Made by a program: the position numbers and the translations under genes. From positions 1 through 38,452 of the IMG/VR virus record IMGVR_UViG_3300044667_000034: a stretch of 38,452 nt of DNA; one strand, 5' to 3'. This DNA comes from a virus. Taxonomy: Duplodnaviria > Caudoviricetes. The notes beneath the pieces were generated by a model. It saw only the letters and a list, made by a program, of their open reading frames with translations, ran no database searches and was not told where the DNA came from. Each line of letters begins with the position of its first letter. Position 1 is the stretch's first letter. This document shows, piece after piece, positions 32,411-38,452 of the stretch.

Positions 32411-33421
32411 TTACGAGCTGGAGGTCATGCCGAAGATGTCGGCGATGACACCGTGGGCAGCTTCGTTGTTGACGACCAGCGTGTATTCCACGTTGATCAC
32501 CTTCTTTTCGTTGTCGCCGGTCTTGGCGACCTCGTTCGTGTCGATGTCGCGCAGGACGCCCATCGTGACGTTCGATGCATCGACGAGGAAGGCGTTGCGG
32601 GCGACGGCCGCGCCGACCCGTGCCATCTGCTGGTTCGGAACGACAGTGATCGTGCCGAAGTCGGAGAGGTAGGTGTCGGCCGCCGCGACGATCTTGGTCT
32701 GGCCATTCTTCGGAGTCTCGAAGCGCTGCGGAGCAACGTTCGCGTCGGACATGAAGGTCGAGAACACCGTCTTGGCGTACGGCGAGAGCATCAGCACGGT
32801 CGGATCGCCGCCCGCATTGTAGGTGCTCAGGATCGTGGCATCGAGCAGGGACTTGGTGAGGGCGCGCTGGGTGCCGTTCGTTGCCGCGTCGACCACGCCC
32901 GTGGACGAGTTGAACCCGCCCGAAGCACCGCCAGCGCCAAGGCTGTCGTTGGTGGCGAGCCACGCGCGGAAGCCGCCAAGGGTGCGGTTGGTGGCGCCGT
33001 TGCCGGAACCGGCGGAGGAAGCCTGGTTCGACAGGAGAGTAACCTCCATGTCGGTCTTGAGCTCCTGGCCCTTCTTGCGGATTTCGCGCGCCATTTCGGA
33101 CGAGCGGCCCGCCTTCTTGACCTTCTCCTGGGTCTCGGAGATGACGACCGACTTTTCCGAGATCTGGCAATAGTTGCCAACGCGGACAGTCGGGCTGACG
33201 GCGTCGAACTCCCATTCGTTGCCTTCAGGCTGGTTGTTCGACGTGGACGGGGTAGCAAGGGCGTCCGTCTGCCACTCGGGCTTGATGCCATCAACGGACT
33301 TGCGGCCGATGAGGGACATGAACGGGGTCTTGCTGGGGGTGATCATGTAGATCATGTCTGCGAGCGTCTCGCGGTTGCCTACCGCGTCGTACGTCTCGAA
33401 TGTATTGGATGGCTGTGCCAT
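32411..33421 (-). CDS. Major capsid protein (SU10/DUF5309-like)
   Basis: 'GNRETLADMIYMITPSKTPF', 'EWQTDAL', 'GNYCQI', 'ELKTDME', 'YLSDFG', 'AKTGD'. Confidence 0.93.
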   Translation of the reverse strand: MAQPSNTFETYDAVGNRETLADMIYMITPSKTPFMSLIGRKSVDGIKPEWQTDALATPSTSNNQPEGNEWEFDAVSPTVRVGNYCQISEKSVVISETQEKVKKAGRSSEMAREIRKKGQELKTDMEVTLLSNQASSAGSGNGATNRTLGGFRAWLATNDSLGAGGASGGFNSSTGVVDAATNGTQRALTKSLLDATILSTYNAGGDPTVLMLSPYAKTVFSTFMSDANVAPQRFETPKNGQTKIVAAADTYLSDFGTITVVPNQQMARVGAAVARNAFLVDASNVTMGVLRDIDTNEVAKTGDNEKKVINVEYTLVVNNEAAHGVIADIFGMTSSS

Positions 33422-33427
33422 GGTGGG

Positions 33428-34450
33428 TTATCCTTTTCGGAGAAGAAAGGCTTCAATGGCTGCGTCCGCTGCTGCGACGGAGCCGGTTTCCCGAAGTGCT
33501 TTGAATCTCCCCTGAGCGTCGCGCTCCAGGTCGCTGGCCGGGTGTGACCGTTGACGACCTTCGAGCTTTGGCTTGGCCGGCAATTCCTTGACCACCGCCT
33601 TGCCCCGTTCCACCGCTTTCCAATACTTGATAGCGGCGTCCACGATGCGCATGTGTCCAGCTTTTTGGAGGGCAAAAATCTCGCGAGGGTCCACATCGAA
33701 ATGTGGCATGATCTCTACGATTTCCTTCATGAAGGCCGCTTCTTTCTGCGGGTCTTTGAGCTTGGGAAGCGCCTGATGGAGCTTCGCCGTCTCAACCTTC
33801 TTGAGTTCGGCTAGATTTTGCATTTCCTGCTGCTGGCGAGCCTGCAATTCCTGCTGCTGCTCTTGCCACATGGCGTTGAGCTGCCCCATTTCCCGCTCAT
33901 ACTTGGTGCGGTCGCTCCAGTATTTGATCGGGTCAAAGTTAGGACTTGTTTCATCCATCATCGATGGATCAGGCTCTTGCGGCATGCGCTGCTGCGCATA
34001 CTGCAACACGAAGTCACGGTGCTGGGAAATCCTCTGTGCTTCGGCTTGTTTCCACGCCTCAAATTCCTGAACAGCCTTCTTGTGGCTCTCAGTCTTGAAC
34101 GTGTAATCGCGCTGGAGAAAAGGGCTTCTCTTAAGCTCGCCTAGGCTTATCTTCTGGCCGTCAGACAGGGTGACGAGAATATCGTCGCCCGGTTCTACTG
34201 GCTGTGCAGGGGCCTGCGCGGTCTCTTGAGGTTGACCATCGTCTTCATCGTCGATAACCAGCGTTTGGCCGTCATCATCTGACAGTTCTTCGCTGGGCGG
34301 TGCCTTCCCTTCCGCAACGGTGTCCCCTTTCGGTAGAGCGTTGCCGGACAAGAGTGATTCAATGGCACGATCCCCTTCGTCTTCGGACATAGGGGCAAGC
34401 TCTACGGGCGCCGCGGCCGCGAGGCCCGACGATATCGTAGTATCTTCCAT
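33428..34450 (-). CDS. Capsid scaffolding protein
   Basis: Acidic N-terminus, 'DGQKISLGEL....LQRDYT.KT', coiled coils; directly upstream of the major capsid gene. Confidence 0.85.
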   Translation of the reverse strand: MEDTTISSGLAAAAPVELAPMSEDEGDRAIESLLSGNALPKGDTVAEGKAPPSEELSDDDGQTLVIDDEDDGQPQETAQAPAQPVEPGDDILVTLSDGQKISLGELKRSPFLQRDYTFKTESHKKAVQEFEAWKQAEAQRISQHRDFVLQYAQQRMPQEPDPSMMDETSPNFDPIKYWSDRTKYEREMGQLNAMWQEQQQELQARQQQEMQNLAELKKVETAKLHQALPKLKDPQKEAAFMKEIVEIMPHFDVDPREIFALQKAGHMRIVDAAIKYWKAVERGKAVVKELPAKPKLEGRQRSHPASDLERDAQGRFKALRETGSVAAADAAIEAFLLRKG

Positions 34451-34462
34451 TGTGTGGAATCC

Positions 34463-34702
34463 TTAGATGACGGTCCTTGGCTTCTTGGCCTGACCGCTGT
34501 TGATCATGCTCTCCAACTCCGAGAAGACCTCAGAGCAGAACTTGATGCGCACCTGTTGTGCGATGATCTCGTGTGGGTTCGCCGGGTCGGCTGCCACGAG
34601 TTTGTTCATGGCGCTCGCGCTGATCCTGCGAATGGCTTCCTGGAGGAACACATCGTCCTTGAGGCGCTTGGCTTCCTTGGCGAGGATTTCAGGGTCGATC
34701 AT
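34463..34702 (-). CDS. Small head-associated hypothetical protein
   Basis: ORF track; between portal and scaffold. Confidence 0.75.
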   Translation of the reverse strand: MIDPEILAKEAKRLKDDVFLQEAIRRISASAMNKLVAADPANPHEIIAQQVRIKFCSEVFSELESMINSGQAKKPRTVI

Positions 34703-36903
34703 CCCGGCTTGCCTCCCGGCCGCACATTGCTGGACTTGACCTTTGCTTCCGCCGTCTTGGCCTGGATATGAATGCCGGCCGCAGCCTGCTCACGCTGGAG
34801 GGCGAATTCTGCCTCCCACTGGCGCTGGGCCATGGCGAGTTCCGCATTAAGCTGCTGGGCCTTCATCTGAAGCTCGCCGGCAAGCTGTTCCTGCTTGAGC
34901 TTGTGCTCCAGCATCATCTGCTCACGCTTCAGCGCGTTGTCGGCCTGCATCTTCTGAAGATCGATCTGCGCGGACTGCTCGGCCTGCTTCTGCTTCATTT
35001 GCATGTCAGCTTCGGCCTTCTGGCGCTCAAGCTGGATCTCGGGCGGCTCCTGACCCGCTGCGGCTTCGGCCTGCTGCTTGAGCTGCTGGATGGTTTCCTC
35101 GTCCATGTCGGGGAAGTAATCCGCCGCATTCCTCAGACCAGCCGCTTCAGCCGCCTTGACCGATGTCTTGATAACCTTGTCGAGCATATCGATCGCCTGA
35201 GCCGACATGCCGAACTGCTGCATAGCGAGGCCGATCTTCTCCTGTTGCATGCTCACCTGCTGGAGCATCATCAGGTCACGATCCCTCGAACCTGTGCCAA
35301 GACCGGTGTTGACGACCGCGTCCATTCCCGCGTTCCAGTAGCGCGGGTCTACCTCAACCCACTTGTCGCGAAGGCGGATGGTGCGGGCGCGGTCCTGGTG
35401 CTTAACCGTGATACGAAGGGCTTTGGAAAATACCTTCTTCCAGCCCAACTCGGACATGTTGCGCGCAATCAACTCAACCTGAGAATAGGCCGCGTCACGC
35501 TGGTTCTGGCTGGCTGTTGCCGTCTGGTTCTGCAACGCCTCGGGATCAAGCGCCATGGTGGAGCGCGATACACCCGTACGCATCTCAATGATGCGGTCCA
35601 TGGCCCCAACCGCCTCAAGGACATTGGGCAGGATAGACGGCACCACGTTGTACATAATCTGGTCGGTGGCGGTTTTTGTGATGATCGCGCCACCAACAGT
35701 GGGGTTGATCACCTCATCCATATTGATGATCTGGTCCTCAACCACCACCTTCTGCGGGTTGTTGACCTGATAGGTGTTGTTCAAGCCCTGGCGCAACAGA
35801 ACGGTCTTGATCTGCTGAATGTCCATCGTCTCGCCAGAGAGCGCATCGGAGTTGAAGCGATGCGGGACCGGCTGGCATGGGATCTGATCGAACGGCACTT
35901 CATCGTCGTACTCTTCCCATTCGAGAAGAACACCCGACCCTGAATTGCCAGCATAATAGGCCCGAACAGTCTCAGCGATGCCATCACCATTCACGTCAAG
36001 CTTCAGATAGGCTTCGTGAAGCTCGATATATTCCGTCGAATCATCAGGTGCATCGATCAGGCCCGGCTCGTAATCATCACGGATGAGGCGATCCTGGTCA
36101 GAGTCAGGCGCGCCGTCATATTTCGGGATCGACAGCACCTTGTCCTTGTCGAAGCCCATGCGGATCAGTTCAGAGCGCGTGGTGTGCGTATCGCGCTGTG
36201 ATACGAAGCGAGCCTCCTCGATGCAGGTAGCGTCACGATCGATGAAGAAATCACCGCGGGCAATAGCTTTGAACTTAAGCTGCCCATAGGACGTGACGCG
36301 CTTAAGCTTGATATCGAAGGTCGGCACTTCGATCTGCTGCGGTTCCTGCCCTTCCATCTCGGGAGGAACGATATCCGTGAATGGCTCGCCGGGCTTCTGC
36401 TCGACGATCTCGACGTCTTCGGCTTCCGTGAGAAGCGCAAGCTGCTCAGCCGTCAGGCCCGAGTGGACCGAGGTCTTGTAGCACTTGGTGTCATCCCACC
36501 ACGTCTTGACAATACCGTCCCCGAGCAGAAGGCTGTCATGGGTGGCATCCCAGAGAACACGATAGCCTGGATTGGTCACCCAGAAATCGTAGTTGATCGT
36601 GTCCGACGCCTGATCGGTGAAGTCCTCGTCGCCCGGCTGCATCGGCTGATAGTCGACAATACGATCAGAGGCGGTGAACACCCGCACGATACCGGGCAGA
36701 ACCCAGCCGATCACATCGGACGTGTCGCGGCTCACAACTGATGACCAGCCCTCTTCGGGAGGGGTATCGGTCATCTTGCCGTCGTAGTAGTCCAGCGCGC
36801 GGCGGTGGTCCTTTTCTGCGTCAGTGCGGTAGAAGAGCTTGGCGTCGGCTATCTCTCGGGAGATGATCGCCTTGAGCCTGTCTTCATCAATGCGTTTGGC
36901 CAT
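34699..36903 (-). CDS. Portal protein (P22-like, long C-terminal barrel coil)
   Basis: Start MAKRIDEDRL; 'ALDYYDG', 'SSVVSRD', 'DSLLLGDGIVK', Gln-rich coiled C-terminus. Confidence 0.92.
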   Translation of the reverse strand: MAKRIDEDRLKAIISREIADAKLFYRTDAEKDHRRALDYYDGKMTDTPPEEGWSSVVSRDTSDVIGWVLPGIVRVFTASDRIVDYQPMQPGDEDFTDQASDTINYDFWVTNPGYRVLWDATHDSLLLGDGIVKTWWDDTKCYKTSVHSGLTAEQLALLTEAEDVEIVEQKPGEPFTDIVPPEMEGQEPQQIEVPTFDIKLKRVTSYGQLKFKAIARGDFFIDRDATCIEEARFVSQRDTHTTRSELIRMGFDKDKVLSIPKYDGAPDSDQDRLIRDDYEPGLIDAPDDSTEYIELHEAYLKLDVNGDGIAETVRAYYAGNSGSGVLLEWEEYDDEVPFDQIPCQPVPHRFNSDALSGETMDIQQIKTVLLRQGLNNTYQVNNPQKVVVEDQIINMDEVINPTVGGAIITKTATDQIMYNVVPSILPNVLEAVGAMDRIIEMRTGVSRSTMALDPEALQNQTATASQNQRDAAYSQVELIARNMSELGWKKVFSKALRITVKHQDRARTIRLRDKWVEVDPRYWNAGMDAVVNTGLGTGSRDRDLMMLQQVSMQQEKIGLAMQQFGMSAQAIDMLDKVIKTSVKAAEAAGLRNAADYFPDMDEETIQQLKQQAEAAAGQEPPEIQLERQKAEADMQMKQKQAEQSAQIDLQKMQADNALKREQMMLEHKLKQEQLAGELQMKAQQLNAELAMAQRQWEAEFALQREQAAAGIHIQAKTAEAKVKSSNVRPGGKPG

Positions 36904-38210
36904 CAGATGATGTGCCTCCGATTTGCCACTGGCATGGACTTCTTGATTGTCGGCTCGTCGTAAGCCACGCACATGAGACCAAAGGCATCAGCACCATGGC
37001 TGGCCCAATCATGCTCAGGCCCAAGGCCTATGCCGCGGTCTTCGTCGCGCTTTTCGTGATACCAGCCGAGAGCGGCTCGCCCTGCCTCAGTCGTGGCGTC
37101 ATTGAACCACATGGACGGGAACAGGCGCCTACCGGCTTCGATGCGAGCCTTGGCAGCACCACGACCCTGGTTCGGGATGACCGTTACTTTGTAACCGGCC
37201 TTTTCAAATGCGCTCTTGAACGAGACATCATGAACACGGTCTTGCGTGTCGCCGTCATGCGGCAACCACACCTGAGAGCTGTCTGGCGTATAGCCTCGGG
37301 ACCGAAGCCAGTTGAGATGCGCAGAAAGCGGCTGCCCGACCGCTTCGTAATAATCAAGGACGCGTATTTCCTTGCCGATGAACTGTGCGACCCAGATCGT
37401 GAAAGCATCCGCCTTCGCACCTGTGCCGCCAATGTCGCAGAAGATGCGTGTGGTCATGAGCGGGTCAGCCGAGACGCGGCCGATCCTGCCCTGTTCCTTC
37501 GCAGCGATCAGCGACTTCGCATAATAGGCGCCCGCCGCGATCGTGATATAGCCGCCTTCCCAGATATGATCATACTGATCGGGCTGTATGCGCTTGCAAT
37601 CGATGCGCTCTTGCTCAAGAACGCTGTTGAACCAAGGGTTATCGCGCCAGTTGGCTTCAACGACCACAGCGCCAGTCGGCTGCTCATCGCCCCGAAGCAT
37701 CACATCGACAGGATCGCTCTTGAGCCTTGCGTTCCAAGAGAACCACAGTTGCGAGTTATCCGCTCGAATGGTCGGGGTTAGCAGATTGAGCGAGCGCTTG
37801 GATGCGGTCTGGGCTTCTTCCCACCATGCCCGCTTGTAATTCTCCAGAGACTTGACCGACTCCGCGGTGTAGTCCTGCATACCCTTGAAGATGATTATTC
37901 CATCCTTGGGCGTCTGGATGACATCCTTGAAGACCTTGAAGCCATCCGCCTCGCCTAAGCCGAACTGTGCCAACTTGTCCTCAAGCAAGAGCTTCGACGA
38001 CTGAGACAGATCCTTCTGTACTTCACGAATGCAGACCGAACGAAGGCCCTCGCCAGATATGCCGGGCTCAGCCAGGCTGTCCTCGATCATCAGTCCGGCG
38101 AAGAAGTGTGACTTGCCCGACCCTCGCCCACCCCATGCGCCCTTGTAGCGAGCAGGATGAAGAAGCGGCTCGAAGACTTCGGCCGTTTCAATCGTTAATG
38201 TGCGCGGCAC
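36903..38210 (-). CDS. terL: Terminase large subunit (PBSX-like)
   Basis: Walker A 'GGRGSGKSH', 'CIRE', Walker B 'WWEEA', 'SWN', nuclease 'DIG' and 'SHGADAF'. Confidence 0.95.
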   Translation of the reverse strand: MPRTLTIETAEVFEPLLHPARYKGAWGGRGSGKSHFFAGLMIEDSLAEPGISGEGLRSVCIREVQKDLSQSSKLLLEDKLAQFGLGEADGFKVFKDVIQTPKDGIIIFKGMQDYTAESVKSLENYKRAWWEEAQTASKRSLNLLTPTIRADNSQLWFSWNARLKSDPVDVMLRGDEQPTGAVVVEANWRDNPWFNSVLEQERIDCKRIQPDQYDHIWEGGYITIAAGAYYAKSLIAAKEQGRIGRVSADPLMTTRIFCDIGGTGAKADAFTIWVAQFIGKEIRVLDYYEAVGQPLSAHLNWLRSRGYTPDSSQVWLPHDGDTQDRVHDVSFKSAFEKAGYKVTVIPNQGRGAAKARIEAGRRLFPSMWFNDATTEAGRAALGWYHEKRDEDRGIGLGPEHDWASHGADAFGLMCVAYDEPTIKKSMPVANRRHII

Positions 38211-38452
38211 TATTGAGCCTTGACGATCCGGCGCTCAATGCGGGCAATAACCTCTATGGCGCCGCCGTCCTCGCCCGTCAACTGCATCGGCAGCACCTTG
38301 CCCAACAGGCTCATGAACGGCCCCGGGTTGATCTGAGCTTGGCGCGTAAGATACTCGACCATATCACCCTTGCCGGCGTTTGTTGCCGCCTGGATGATCG
38401 CGTCCTTGAGGAGCGCAGTGGTCTTGTTCGGGGAGCCCTTGGGCCTGCCCGG
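38210..38452 (-). CDS. terS: Terminase small subunit (5' end outside the window)
   Basis: Hand translation PGRPKGSPNKTTALLKDAII...LLGKVLPMQLTGEDGGAI...*; stop overlaps the terL GTG start. Confidence 0.8.
   Translation of the reverse strand, partial: PGRPKGSPNKTTALLKDAIIQAATNAGKGDMVEYLTRQAQINPGPFMSLLGKVLPMQLTGEDGGAIEVIARIERRIVKAQ

Noticed and set aside
32088-37781. Long alternative ORFs over the capsid, portal and terminase genes (32339..33547, 32088..33215, 34768..35943, 36912..37781)
   Set aside because: Shadow frames caused by codon bias of strong structural genes; the translations are Arg/Leu/His-rich nonsense.

Overview
The whole window is phage DNA: most of a temperate podovirus with a lambdoid/P22-like gene order, probably infecting an alphaproteobacterium (Rhizobiales-like GC content, CU-rich sRNA style and promoter style; host is inferred). 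It is in the unintegrated form, because a tRNA-Val(CAC) 3' half (attP core, 14958-15009) has phage genes on both sides. Left to right: the end of the early-right operon on the minus strand (replication-like fragment, RusA, many small ORFs, cro); an immunity region (cI, a Rap1a/Tai-like secreted protein, an orphan wHTH gene with iteron-like repeats) bracketed by two mirror-image promoter/operator blocks (TTGACA-N17-CAAGTT, operator TTGCCA-NN-TGGCAA); the early-left operon on the plus strand (Gp157, Rad52/Sak, SSB, NinB-like, two SLOG/YspA paralogues, HNH, xis, tyrosine integrase); attP; then the late operon on the minus strand (terminases, portal, scaffold, capsid, adaptor, nozzle, ejection proteins, two tail/receptor-binding proteins, GH19 lysis cassette with a serine protease, DUF3310, metallophosphoesterase), interrupted by two antisense morons (an FkbM methyltransferase and a small membrane protein). 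The most unusual signals are a possibly split replication initiator with an ori-like element in the immunity region, a deletion-generated SLOG-HNH fusion, several structured RNAs (a CCUCCUCCC sRNA, an H-type pseudoknot, hairpin arrays) and the FkbM moron. All family calls come from motif recognition by eye; no database search was run.
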